Assembly (NCBI GenBank): GCA_030647355.1
Contig: JAUSIS010000013.1
Span: 177,165-241,164, forward strand
DNA length: 64,000 nucleotides
Reading direction: 5' to 3'
Source: a bacterium
GTDB lineage: Bacteria > Patescibacteriota > UBA1384 > VFKW01
Below, piece after piece: positions 20,165-28,520 of the stretch. Made by a program: the position numbers and the translations under genes. The notes under the pieces were generated by a model that was given only the letters and a program-made list of their open reading frames with translations, ran no database searches and had not been told where the DNA came from. How positions within the stretch are numbered: position 1 is the stretch's first letter; the number at the start of each line of letters is the position of its first letter.

Positions 20165-21094
20165 ATGCCTATCACCGTACACCACCAACCACCAACCACC
20201 AACCACCAACTAGTTATCGTCGGCTCTATCGGGCTAGACGATATTGAAACACCATTTGGCAAGGTTAAATCAGCTTTGGGGGGTAGCGCCATCTATGCAT
20301 CGCAAGCCGCCTCCTATTTTACCAAACCAAGTGTTGTGAGTATCATGGGCAACGATATACCAGAAGAATACTTGAAAATCCTCAACCGGTTCGATATTTC
20401 CGGCATAGCCCTAACTGAAAAAACCTTTCGTTGGACCGGGTCATACGAATATGATATGAATGAAGCCAAAACCATTGATACAAAACTAAATGCCTTATCT
20501 GAATTTGAAGCCAATGTCCCTAAAAATTATCAAGAGGCAAAATATCTCCTTCTCGGTAACATCGACCCCGACCTGCAACTCAAAGTATTAAGCCAAATGA
20601 AAGACCATCCCTTCACCTTGCTTGATACAATGAATTTTTGGATAACTTCGAAGCGCGACAAACTCGAACAAATAATCAATAAAGTCAACTTTTTGGTGAT
20701 CAACGAGGGGGAAGCAAGACAATTCTGCCAAACACCCAACCTGATAAAAGCCGGAAAAATGTTGCTCAATCTAGGACCAAAATTTATAGTCATCAAAAAA
20801 GGGGAACATGGTGCCTTGTTATTCTCTAATAATGATTTCTTCTCTGCTCCCAGCTATCCCCTGGAAGAATTAAAAGATCCGACCGGTTGCGGCGACTCAT
20901 TTGCTGGCGGGCTAATCGGTTATCTTGCCAAAACCGACCAAATTAGCGAAAAAAACATCAGAAAAGCCATTATTTATGGTACAGCCGTCGCTTCGTTTTG
21001 CGCTGAAGATTTTGGCACCAAGAAAACTATTAAATTAACAATTAAAGATATCGAGGAGCGATATGACTTTCTCACCAAAATCAGACAATTTTAA
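20165..21094 (+). CDS. PfkB-family carbohydrate/nucleoside kinase (probable adenosine kinase)
   Basis: 309 aa. Ribokinase-like fold. C-terminal DPTGCGDSFAGGLIGYL anion-hole motif. Sits between metK and ahcY. N-terminus contains HQPPTTNHQPPTTNHQ from a caccaac x4 DNA repeat (20180-20210). Confidence 0.75.
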   Translation: MPITVHHQPPTTNHQLVIVGSIGLDDIETPFGKVKSALGGSAIYASQAASYFTKPSVVSIMGNDIPEEYLKILNRFDISGIALTEKTFRWTGSYEYDMNEAKTIDTKLNALSEFEANVPKNYQEAKYLLLGNIDPDLQLKVLSQMKDHPFTLLDTMNFWITSKRDKLEQIINKVNFLVINEGEARQFCQTPNLIKAGKMLLNLGPKFIVIKKGEHGALLFSNNDFFSAPSYPLEELKDPTGCGDSFAGGLIGYLAKTDQISEKNIRKAIIYGTAVASFCAEDFGTKKTIKLTIKDIEERYDFLTKIRQF

Positions 21095-21147
21095 ATAAAA
21101 TCTCAAAATGTACTACCAAAAACCCCATAATATGATATAATTAAGAT

Positions 21148-21420
21148 ATGAATTATCAAAAATACACTTGGTATAATCGAAACGCAAAACTAGACAACCC
21201 CGAGACAATCCATCAAGTACTGTCATTTGGGAAAATTGATGAGATCAAGAAGATGGAACACATGCTTGGGTTAGAACAAATCACGCAAGTATATTTAAAA
21301 TATCCAAAAAATATTTATTCCCGACCGGTTTTCGCCTTTATCAACAAATATATTCTCAAAAACAAGGAGCCCATAGATGAGCGAAAATATCTCAAAAATA
21401 CATCTCGAAATCTTGAGTAA
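21148..21420 (+). CDS. Hypothetical small protein, possible antitoxin partner of the AbiEii-like gene
   Basis: 90 aa. Overlaps the downstream nucleotidyltransferase gene by 44 nt. No recognisable motif. Confidence 0.3.
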   Translation: MNYQKYTWYNRNAKLDNPETIHQVLSFGKIDEIKKMEHMLGLEQITQVYLKYPKNIYSRPVFAFINKYILKNKEPIDERKYLKNTSRNLE

Positions 21421-22039
21421 ACAGCAACAAGAAGTTCTGTTAAAACTCCAGCCGGTCCTAAAAGATTTCGTCCTCGGCGGCGGTACGGCGTTGGCGCTAC
21501 AGATCAAACATCGGCAATCTTTCGATTTCGATTTCTTTACTCTAAAACCAATTGATAAAAATCTACTGGAGAAAATTAGTCAACTCGGTTTTTCGTCAAC
21601 TGCGCCAATATTTGATAGCGTTGATGAATTAACTCTGATTATTGACAATGAAATCAAAATAACCTTTTTGTCTTATCCGTTTTCTAAAATATTTAATCTC
21701 GTTTTTCTAGATCAAAACATCCAAACATTCTCCCTCTCCGGCCTTGCAGCCCAAAAAGCTTATACAATCGGTAGGGGTGGAGTCTGGCGCGATTATTATG
21801 ATATTTTTACCTTACTTCGCCACAAATTTTTTACTCTAAAGGAAATCATCGGATTGACCCAGAAAAACTACGGTGACATTTTTAATCCCAAGCTGTTTTT
21901 GTCGCAGCTGGTCTATTTCGAGGACATTCAGGATTACTCCATTGAGCCAATCAATAATAGCTTAAACCCAATAGCTAGTAACGAAGTTAAAGCTTTTTTA
22001 GAAGAAGAAGTAGAAAAATATCTTGAAAGCATCAAATAG
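21377..22039 (+). CDS. AbiEii/AbiGii-family nucleotidyltransferase (type IV toxin-like, DUF1814)
   Basis: 220 aa. N-terminal FVLGGGTALALQIKHRQSFDFDFF matches the LKGGTAL...R.S.DIDF motif of AbiEii nucleotidyltransferases. Confidence 0.6.
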   Translation: MSENISKIHLEILSKQQQEVLLKLQPVLKDFVLGGGTALALQIKHRQSFDFDFFTLKPIDKNLLEKISQLGFSSTAPIFDSVDELTLIIDNEIKITFLSYPFSKIFNLVFLDQNIQTFSLSGLAAQKAYTIGRGGVWRDYYDIFTLLRHKFFTLKEIIGLTQKNYGDIFNPKLFLSQLVYFEDIQDYSIEPINNSLNPIASNEVKAFLEEEVEKYLESIK

Positions 22040-22160
22040 TCTTATTTCTTACCAGCTTACTCCCAGTCATTGCGAGGCCTCAGCCGTGGCAATCCCCCCC
22101 ATATTCTTCGAGCCCGGTCGAGAAGCTCTTCTTACTACTTACTAGCTTATTGCTTACTAG
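22040..22160. repeat. Composite dispersed repeat, second copy
   Basis: cagtcattgcgaggcctcagccgtggcaatccccccc...gagcccggtcgagaagctcttc flanked by cttaYttcttac...gcttattgcttac motifs. Confidence 0.6.
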
Positions 22161-22177
22161 CTTCTGAAAGGAACAAC

Positions 22178-23581
22178 ATGTCACTACCCGCCAAGTCAAA
22201 GGACTACAAAGTCGCCGACCTCTCGTTACACGAGTGGGGTCGAAAAGAAATTGAATCAGCCGAAAAAGAGATGCCAGGACTGATGGCTCTCCGCCAAGAA
22301 TATGGCTCCCAAAAGCCCCTGAAGAGCGCTAGGATAGCCGGTTGCCTGCATATGACTATTCAGACTGCTGTTTTAATTGAAACCCTCTTAGAGCTCGGCG
22401 CAGAAGTTCGCTGGTCCAGTTGCAATATCTTCTCCACTCAAGACCATGCTGCTGCTGCCATTGCCAAAAAAGATATACCTGTTTTTGCCTGGAAAGGTGA
22501 AACAGAAGAAGATTATTGGTGGTGCATCGAGCAAACCCTAAAATTCCCAACCAACCCCTCCGTCATTGCGAGGAACTCCTCTTCCGTCATTGCAAAAGCC
22601 TTTAGCCCCGGACTCGATCCGGGGGAAGAGAAGCAATCTTCCCAAGGTCCCAACATGATCCTCGACGACGGCGGAGACTTAACACTGCTCGTTCACGAAA
22701 AACACCCTGAACTTCTCAAGGACATCATCGGCGTCTCCGAAGAAACAACTACCGGAGTTCACCGGCTTTATCAGATGATGGAAGCGAAAACTTTGAAAAT
22801 GGCCGCCATAAATGTGAATGATTCGGTCACCAAATCAAAATTTGACAATAAATACGGCTGCCGCGAATCTCTCGCCGATGGCATCAAACGCGCAACCGAT
22901 ATCATGATTGCCGGAAAAGTAGTTGTTATCGCCGGTTATGGCGATGTCGGCAAAGGCTGTGCCCAGAGCATGCGCGGCTACGGCGCCCGAGTTATTATCA
23001 CAGAAATCGATCCGATAATTGCCCTGCAAGCAGCCATGGAAGGCTTTGAAGTTCTCACGATGGATCAAGCCGCCGAGATAGGGGACATATTTGTCACCGC
23101 CACGGGCTGCTGTGATGTTATAACTGGTAAGGATTTGGGAAAGATGAAAGACGGCGCAATAGTCTGCAACATCGGACATTTTGATAGCGAAATAGATGTC
23201 AAATGGCTGGAAGATCAAAAAGACATCAAGGAAGAAAACATAAAACCCCAAGTTGATCGGTTTATTTGGCCAAACGACAAATCAATTACCTTACTCTCCC
23301 GCGGCCGTCTCGTCAATTTAGGCAATGCCCACGGCCATCCCAGCTTCGTCATGAGCACCTCCTTCACCAATCAAACGCTCGCCCAGATCGCCCTCTACAC
23401 CGAGAGCAGAAAATACGAAAAAGGAAAAGTTTACACTCTTCCCAAAGAATTAGATGAAAAAGTCGCCCGCCTCCACCTCGACAAGCTCGGCGTCAAATTA
23501 ACTAAGCTTACTAAAAAACAAGCCGACTACCTAGGCATCCCCCAAGACGGCCCTTTCAAACCCGATTCCTATCGTTATTAG
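22178..23581 (+). CDS. ahcY: Adenosylhomocysteinase with a 33-aa in-frame repeat insertion
   Basis: Start at [26 protein letters not shown] (the ORF-track start at 22070 reads through the upstream repeat). NAD-binding [11 protein letters not shown]-terminus ...KPDSYRY. Insertion [33 protein letters not shown] between the conserved LKF and [10 protein letters not shown]. Confidence 0.92.
   Translation: MSLPAKSKDYKVADLSLHEWGRKEIESAEKEMPGLMALRQEYGSQKPLKSARIAGCLHMTIQTAVLIETLLELGAEVRWSSCNIFSTQDHAAAAIAKKDIPVFAWKGETEEDYWWCIEQTLKFPTNPSVIARNSSSVIAKAFSPGLDPGEEKQSSQGPNMILDDGGDLTLLVHEKHPELLKDIIGVSEETTTGVHRLYQMMEAKTLKMAAINVNDSVTKSKFDNKYGCRESLADGIKRATDIMIAGKVVVIAGYGDVGKGCAQSMRGYGARVIITEIDPIIALQAAMEGFEVLTMDQAAEIGDIFVTATGCCDVITGKDLGKMKDGAIVCNIGHFDSEIDVKWLEDQKDIKEENIKPQVDRFIWPNDKSITLLSRGRLVNLGNAHGHPSFVMSTSFTNQTLAQIALYTESRKYEKGKVYTLPKELDEKVARLHLDKLGVKLTKLTKKQADYLGIPQDGPFKPDSYRY
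22550..22648 (+). repeat. Family-B palindromic repeat inserted in-frame inside ahcY
   Basis: 99 nt: two gtcattgc half-sites, palindrome ccccggactcgatccgggg and gaagagaagcaatc. Related to the intergenic gtcattgcgagg...gaagcaatc copies. Length is a multiple of 3 with no stop. Confidence 0.6.
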
Positions 23582-23616
23582 CTTAATTCTTACCGCTTAC
23601 GAGCTTATTGCTTATA

Positions 23617-23650
23617 TTTGCCCCTACAAACCCGACTCCTACCACTATTA
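23617..23650 (+). pseudogene. Short remnant copy of the ahcY terminal codons
   Basis: gcccctacaaacccgactcctaccactattaa versus the genuine 3' end ggccctttcaaacccgattcctatcgttattag (about 80% identity), 36 nt after the real stop and separated from it by a family-A repeat. Confidence 0.4.
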
Positions 23651-23737
23651 ACAATTGTTACTTGGGAATGAATTCCCCTCAATCCTTACTAGCGGCCTAT
23701 AGCCAAGACCACTGAAAAACTTACCCCATAGTAGTCA

Positions 23738-23835
23738 TTGCGAGCAAGGCGAAGCAATCTCTAAACAAGGAACTGATTGCCACGGCCATTAAAAACGGCC
23801 TCGCAATGACAATCTAGAATGTTTTTCAGCGATCC
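23738..23835. repeat. Family-B palindromic repeat plus gtttttcagcgatc arm
   Basis: gtcattgcgagcaaggcgaagcaatc ... ggcctcgcaatgac inverted pair, then gtttttcagcgatc, which is inverted relative to gatcgctgaaaaac at 25167-25181 on the other side of the AAA-ATPase gene. Confidence 0.55.
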
Positions 23836-23847
23836 TATAGCCACCTA

Positions 23848-23887
23848 TTGACAAAAATGACTCCATAAATTATAATAAATTTATGGA
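23848..23887 (+). promoter_or_regulatory. Consensus sigma70 promoter with overlapping palindromic operator
   Basis: TTGACA(23848-23853)-N17-TATAAT(23871-23876). Palindrome ctccataaatt-ataat-aaatttatggaa spans the -10, with a third ctccataaatt half-site just downstream. 50 nt before the AAA-ATPase ATG. Confidence 0.6.
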
Positions 23888-23926
23888 ATTGAACTCCATA
23901 AATTAATCTTAATATAAGGAGTTACT

Positions 23927-25066
23927 ATGACAAAATACACTCAAATACCAAGAGTATATGATAATCTGGAAAAATACTTAAAAAAAAATACCGTACTGGT
24001 GATTTATGGTCCAAGGAGAGTGGGGAAAACTACCATACTCAAAAACTTTCTAAAGAGCTATAAGGGCAAATACAAACTTAGCTCTGGAGACGATATTGAT
24101 GTCCAAGAAATCGTAGGATCCAGCCGCTTTTCTACTATTCTTGAATATGCAAGTAATATAGATCTTTTGGCCATTGATGAAGCTCAAAAGATTAGGGGGG
24201 TCGGTCAGGGTCTAAAAATTATAGTTGATCAGATAGAGGGCATTATTGTCATCGCAACAGGATCATCATCTTTTGATTTGGCTAATCAAGTCGGAGAACC
24301 ATTGACCGGACGCAAGAAGACGCTTACCCTATACCCCATAGCTCAAAAAGAACTCAAAGATTATTTTGGCGTATTTGAATTAAAGAAAAAACTACCGGAA
24401 TTTCTAGTTTTCGGTTCATATCCAACAATCATAACAGCCAAAACAAAAGAAGAAAAAACTCAACTACTTCTCGAAATAGTAAATTCATATCTCTTAAAAG
24501 ATATTTTAGCTTTGGATAATATCAAAAATTCCACTTTCATTATAAATCTCTTAAAGCTGCTCGCTTTTCAAGTTGGATCAGAAGTATCGCTAAATGAACT
24601 CGGCACCCAGCTTAATGCCGATGTTAAAACAGTAGCAAGATATTTAGATCTTCTTGAAAAAACCTTTGTCATAACAAGACTAGGTGGGTATAGTAGCAAT
24701 TTGAGGAAAGAAGTAACAGACAAATACAAATATTACTTCTGGGATAATGGAATTCGCAATGCAATCATCTCTCAATTCAATAATCTGGAGGACAGAAACG
24801 ATGTCGGTCAACTCTGGGAAAATTTCATCGTGATTGAACGGCTAAAGAAGTTGTCGTACGACAATATCTACGGCAATCGCTTTTTTTGGCGGACATATGA
24901 TCAAAAAGAAATAGACTTAATTGAAGAACGAGACGGAAAACTCTTTGGCTACGAAATAAAGTGGGGCACAAAGAAAGTCAAGAATCCCGACGAGTTTTTA
25001 AAAACATACAACAATGCCAGTTTTAAAGTGATAAGTCAGGATAATTACATAGAATTTATCAGCTGA
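23927..25066 (+). CDS. AAA+ ATPase with DUF4143-like C-terminal domain
   Basis: 379 aa. Walker A GPRRVGKTT, Walker B LLAIDEAQ. C-terminal region typical of the ATPase/DUF4143 family. RBS aaggag. Confidence 0.7.
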   Translation: MTKYTQIPRVYDNLEKYLKKNTVLVIYGPRRVGKTTILKNFLKSYKGKYKLSSGDDIDVQEIVGSSRFSTILEYASNIDLLAIDEAQKIRGVGQGLKIIVDQIEGIIVIATGSSSFDLANQVGEPLTGRKKTLTLYPIAQKELKDYFGVFELKKKLPEFLVFGSYPTIITAKTKEEKTQLLLEIVNSYLLKDILALDNIKNSTFIINLLKLLAFQVGSEVSLNELGTQLNADVKTVARYLDLLEKTFVITRLGGYSSNLRKEVTDKYKYYFWDNGIRNAIISQFNNLEDRNDVGQLWENFIVIERLKKLSYDNIYGNRFFWRTYDQKEIDLIEERDGKLFGYEIKWGTKKVKNPDEFLKTYNNASFKVISQDNYIEFIS

Positions 25067-25330
25067 TTAGCCTCGCCTCATTTATCATTCTGAATCTTCT
25101 CCCCCATCATTCTAACCCGTCATATCTTGTCATTCTGAACTGTCAAGTGAAGAAGCGAGATCGCTGAAAAACCTCCTTCGTCATTCCAAAACCGGGTGGC
25201 ACCCAATATTTGGAATCCAGATATGAGGTTAATAGATTCCGGATCCGCCTTGGCTCGAAAGACAGGTCTGGGATCCCATTCCTGAATCAAGTTCAGGACA
25301 GACTCCGACCGGAATGACGATTTTAAAGGC
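25060..25330. repeat. Cluster of gtcattctgaa / cgtcattcc repeat words with a long imperfect palindrome
   Basis: gtcattctgaa (x2), cgtcattccaaaacc ... ggaatgacg inverted about 140 bp apart, and gatcgctgaaaaac. A variant of the family-B gtcattgcgag repeat. Confidence 0.5.
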
Positions 25331-25501
25331 TTTCACTGGGTTTTTCAGCGGACTCGAAGCTTCACTTCACTTCCTACACCGTCAATTTGAAAAAAACCAA
25401 AAATCCAAAGCAAAAGGACCTGTCCCTAAGAGGTCTTACTTATTGATAAACATACCATTGATTATATATTCGAAATACATTAAAATTAAGTTGAGGCAAA
25501 A

Positions 25502-25843
25502 ATGAAACTAAATAAATTGATCAATGAAACAAAAGGGAAATATTTTAGAAAATTTGATCCTGAAATGGTTCACTTTTATCGTACAAAAATGCCTAAAAAA
25601 TTAAATGTTAAAATTCATCAAGATGAAAACTGTAATAAATATTGGGCTGAAATTGATTTTGATGGTAAGTCTTCTAAAGATAAAATTTTTACTCAAGCAA
25701 AAAATCTGAACAATATCGACACTATGATCAATGATGCCATTGCTACATATTATGAAGTACCTTTTATATACGCAAAGCATATAGTAATAAGCAAAAATTA
25801 TGAACCTGAGGGAAAACTCAAAGAAACACTCAGAACTACCTAA
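25502..25843 (+). CDS. Putative HicB-like (UPF0150) antitoxin
   Basis: 113 aa. YWAEIDFDGKSS...FTQAKNLNNIDTMINDAIATYYE resembles the HicB N-domain (Y.A...G...TQGDTLEEALENAKEAIELYLE). Sits 8 nt upstream of hicA. Very low GC. Confidence 0.4.
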   Translation: MKLNKLINETKGKYFRKFDPEMVHFYRTKMPKKLNVKIHQDENCNKYWAEIDFDGKSSKDKIFTQAKNLNNIDTMINDAIATYYEVPFIYAKHIVISKNYEPEGKLKETLRTT

Positions 25844-25851
25844 GGAATAGG

Positions 25852-26076
25852 ATGGGGCTCAAACCTTGTACTGCGAAAAAGTTAATACGCTCATTTATTA
25901 AAAATGGATGTATTATTATTGATGGCGGGAAAGGCTCTCATACAAAAATTAAACACATCAAAACTGGCGCCACAACGACAATCCCAAAAGGAGATCTAAC
26001 CAACGTACGACATGCAATACTCAACTGGGCTGAAAATCTCGGAATCACCAAAGACAATATAGAACAATATTTATAA
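25852..26076 (+). CDS. hicA: HicA-family mRNA interferase toxin
   Basis: 74 aa. LKPCTAKKLIRSFIKNGCIIIDGGKGSHTKIKH...TTTIPKG matches the HicA (YcfA) pattern K..EL...L...G......GSH......TIP.H. Confidence 0.65.
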   Translation: MGLKPCTAKKLIRSFIKNGCIIIDGGKGSHTKIKHIKTGATTTIPKGDLTNVRHAILNWAENLGITKDNIEQYL

Positions 26077-26289
26077 AAGATTACATGGGATTTATCAGCT
26101 AATTAGCTTATCCCACCTGCAGAACCCCGCTAAAGGCGGTAGCCACTTATTAGCTTACAAGCTTATTGCATATTAATATTATCGTTCGAGGCCAGGCCGA
26201 GAACTTAACCTTTTAGTTCTCGATTCTCTTCGATCTCTCGAACAATATTCTATTCTTAATCCTTACAATCTTACCAGCTTATCGCTTGC

Positions 26290-26408
26290 CGGCTCGTAAT
26301 CATCTCGACAAACTCGGCGTCAAGCTAACAAAATTAACCAATAAACAAGCCGACTACCTCGGCCTCCCCGTAGGTGGCCCATATAAAAGTGATAATTACC
26401 GATACTAG
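26290..26408 (+). pseudogene. Displaced copy of the ahcY 3' end, about 2.7 kb downstream of the intact gene
   Basis: Translates to [35 protein letters not shown], against the genuine AhcY C-terminus [35 protein letters not shown]. About 75% nucleotide identity. No upstream ahcY body. Confidence 0.65.
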
Positions 26409-26424
26409 CACGTAGGAATAAATT

Positions 26425-27408
26425 ATGATTATAGCAAAAACACCCATCCGAATTAGTTTTGCCGGGGGCGGAAGCGATCTTCATTCATTCTACAAAAATC
26501 AACTGGGTGCTGTTGTTAGTACCACAATTGATAAATATATATTTGTAACTGTTAATAAAAACTTCGACGCGGGAGTTAAGCTTAAATATTCAAAATCGGA
26601 AGATGTTAAAAAAGTTACTCAACTCAAACACAATCGCGCTAAAGCTATCCTTAATTATCTAAAATTAGATGGAGGGTTAGAAATATCTTCTCTAGCCGAT
26701 ATACCCTCCAAAGGTACTGGTCTCGGCTCGTCAAGCTCTTTCACCGTCGCTTTGCTTCATGCTCTTCATACTTATAAGCAAGAATACGCTTCTCCTGAAC
26801 AATTAGCCCAAGAAGCTTGCCGAATAGAAATTGATATTTTAAAAGAACCAATCGGCAAACAAGACCAATATGCAGCCGCCTATGGTGGCTTAAATTTTAT
26901 CCAATTCAACCCTGATAAATCTGTTTTTGTTGACCCAATCATCTGCAAACAAGAAACCATCCTGAAATTAGAAGGTAATCTCTTAATACTTTTTACAGGT
27001 ATTACACGCAGTGCATCTAGTATCCTGTCAAGCCAGAAAAAGAATATGGAAACTGAAACTAAAAAAACTCAAATAATGAAAAAAATGGTAGCATTGGCTC
27101 GTGATCTAAAAAACGAACTTCAAAAAAATAATGTTGAAGTTTTCGGGCAAATTCTTCACGAAAACTGGTTACTTAAGAAAGAAATGGCGAGCGGTATATC
27201 CAACGACAAAATTGATTACTGGTATAATAAAGCCATGAAAGCTGGTGCTACTGGTGGCAAATTATTGGGTGCAGGAGGAGGGGGATTTCTATTATTTTAT
27301 GCCCCTAAAGAGAAACATGATGCTATCAAGCGATCTCTAAAATCTTTGCGCCCTTTGGACTTTAAATTTGATTACCAAGGAAGTAAAATAATTTTTATCC
27401 ATGATTAA
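26425..27408 (+). CDS. hddA: D-glycero-alpha-D-manno-heptose 7-phosphate kinase (GHMP kinase)
   Basis: 327 aa. PIRISFAGGGSD and GHMP motif PSKGTGLGSSSSFTVALL. Followed by gmhA, gmhB and hddC. Confidence 0.75.
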   Translation: MIIAKTPIRISFAGGGSDLHSFYKNQLGAVVSTTIDKYIFVTVNKNFDAGVKLKYSKSEDVKKVTQLKHNRAKAILNYLKLDGGLEISSLADIPSKGTGLGSSSSFTVALLHALHTYKQEYASPEQLAQEACRIEIDILKEPIGKQDQYAAAYGGLNFIQFNPDKSVFVDPIICKQETILKLEGNLLILFTGITRSASSILSSQKKNMETETKKTQIMKKMVALARDLKNELQKNNVEVFGQILHENWLLKKEMASGISNDKIDYWYNKAMKAGATGGKLLGAGGGGFLLFYAPKEKHDAIKRSLKSLRPLDFKFDYQGSKIIFIHD

Positions 27409-27991
27409 TAAAGGAGAACTCATGATAACAACTGCAAATAAATATTTGGGAGAACTGCAAGAAACTATATCAGGATTGCCACTCAAAACACTTGAGAAAA
27501 TCAAAGACATACTTCTTGAAGCCCACCAGAAAAACCGGCAGATCTTTATGATTGGTAATGGAGGAAGCGCTTCCACCTCCTCCCACATAACTTGCGATAT
27601 TGCCAAAGGTATTCTAGGTCACACTGGCGAAAAAAAATCCAAACGCTTCAAAATCATTTCCCTTAATGATAATGTCGCTCTAATGAGTGCCTGGGCTAAC
27701 GACACCATCTACGACAATATTTTTTCTGAACAAATTAAAAACCTTGCCAAAAAGGATGATATCGTAATTGCCTTAAGTGCCAGCGGTAATTCACCGAACA
27801 TCATTAAAGCCGTTGAGACGGCTAACGAAATTAGCTGCATTACGATTGGCTTGGCTGGTTTCAATGGAGGCAAACTTGCAAAATTAACAGATATTTGTCT
27901 GACGGCTAAAATTGACAAATATGATATTGCTGAAGACACTCATCTGATTCTCGGCCACATTCTTACTAGATGGTTTTTTGAGAATGTATAA
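27401..27991 (+). CDS. gmhA: Sedoheptulose-7-phosphate isomerase (SIS domain)
   Basis: 196 aa. IFMIGNGGSASTSSH and SASGNSPN motifs. Overlaps hddA by 8 nt. Confidence 0.85.
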   Translation: MINKGELMITTANKYLGELQETISGLPLKTLEKIKDILLEAHQKNRQIFMIGNGGSASTSSHITCDIAKGILGHTGEKKSKRFKIISLNDNVALMSAWANDTIYDNIFSEQIKNLAKKDDIVIALSASGNSPNIIKAVETANEISCITIGLAGFNGGKLAKLTDICLTAKIDKYDIAEDTHLILGHILTRWFFENV

Positions 27992-28520
27992 ATCGGATCG
28001 CTCTATCTAAATCCCGCAATATATAGTCCGGTCTATGTATCCAATTTTCGACGAATTGAACCTGTTTTTTACCCCTACCTGTTAAGACTAAAATCGTTCG
28101 ACAACCGGCAATTGCCCCGGCTTCGATCCCTTCTTGAGCATCGTCAATCATAAAAGAATTAGTTAAATCAATATGAAGATCTTGTGCCGCACGTAAGAAC
28201 ATGCCAGGTTTCGGTTTGCGGCAATCGCAATTATCCCCGTACCCATGCGGACAATGATAAAAAGCTCTAATTCTGTCATTTCCCAGAATTTTCTGGATAT
28301 TTTCATGAATATTGTACAAATCATTTTCACTCATTAACCCCCTGCTAATGCCTCTCTGGTTAGTAAGTACCACGCTTAAAAATTCACTTCTGGCAAGTAA
28401 TCTCAACCCCGCCAGCGCATTCTTATAAAACCTAAATTCACCCCATGACTTAATATAATCATGCTCCTTAGTAATATGATTAATCACCCCATCACGATCT
28501 AAGAAAACTGCCTTGTTCAT
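27966..28520 (-). CDS. gmhB: D,D-heptose 1,7-bisphosphate phosphatase (HAD superfamily)
   Basis: 184 aa. AVFLDRDGVIN and VLTNQ HAD motifs. CxHxxxxxxCxC zinc-binding loop as in GmhB. Confidence 0.85.
   Translation of the reverse strand: MNKAVFLDRDGVINHITKEHDYIKSWGEFRFYKNALAGLRLLARSEFLSVVLTNQRGISRGLMSENDLYNIHENIQKILGNDRIRAFYHCPHGYGDNCDCRKPKPGMFLRAAQDLHIDLTNSFMIDDAQEGIEAGAIAGCRTILVLTGRGKKQVQFVENWIHRPDYILRDLDRAIRFIHSQKTI

Noticed and set aside
22070-22177. Upstream extension of ahcY ([36 protein letters not shown])
   Set aside because: It reads through the family-A/B dispersed repeat. The conserved AhcY N-terminus begins at [10 protein letters not shown] with its own RBS.
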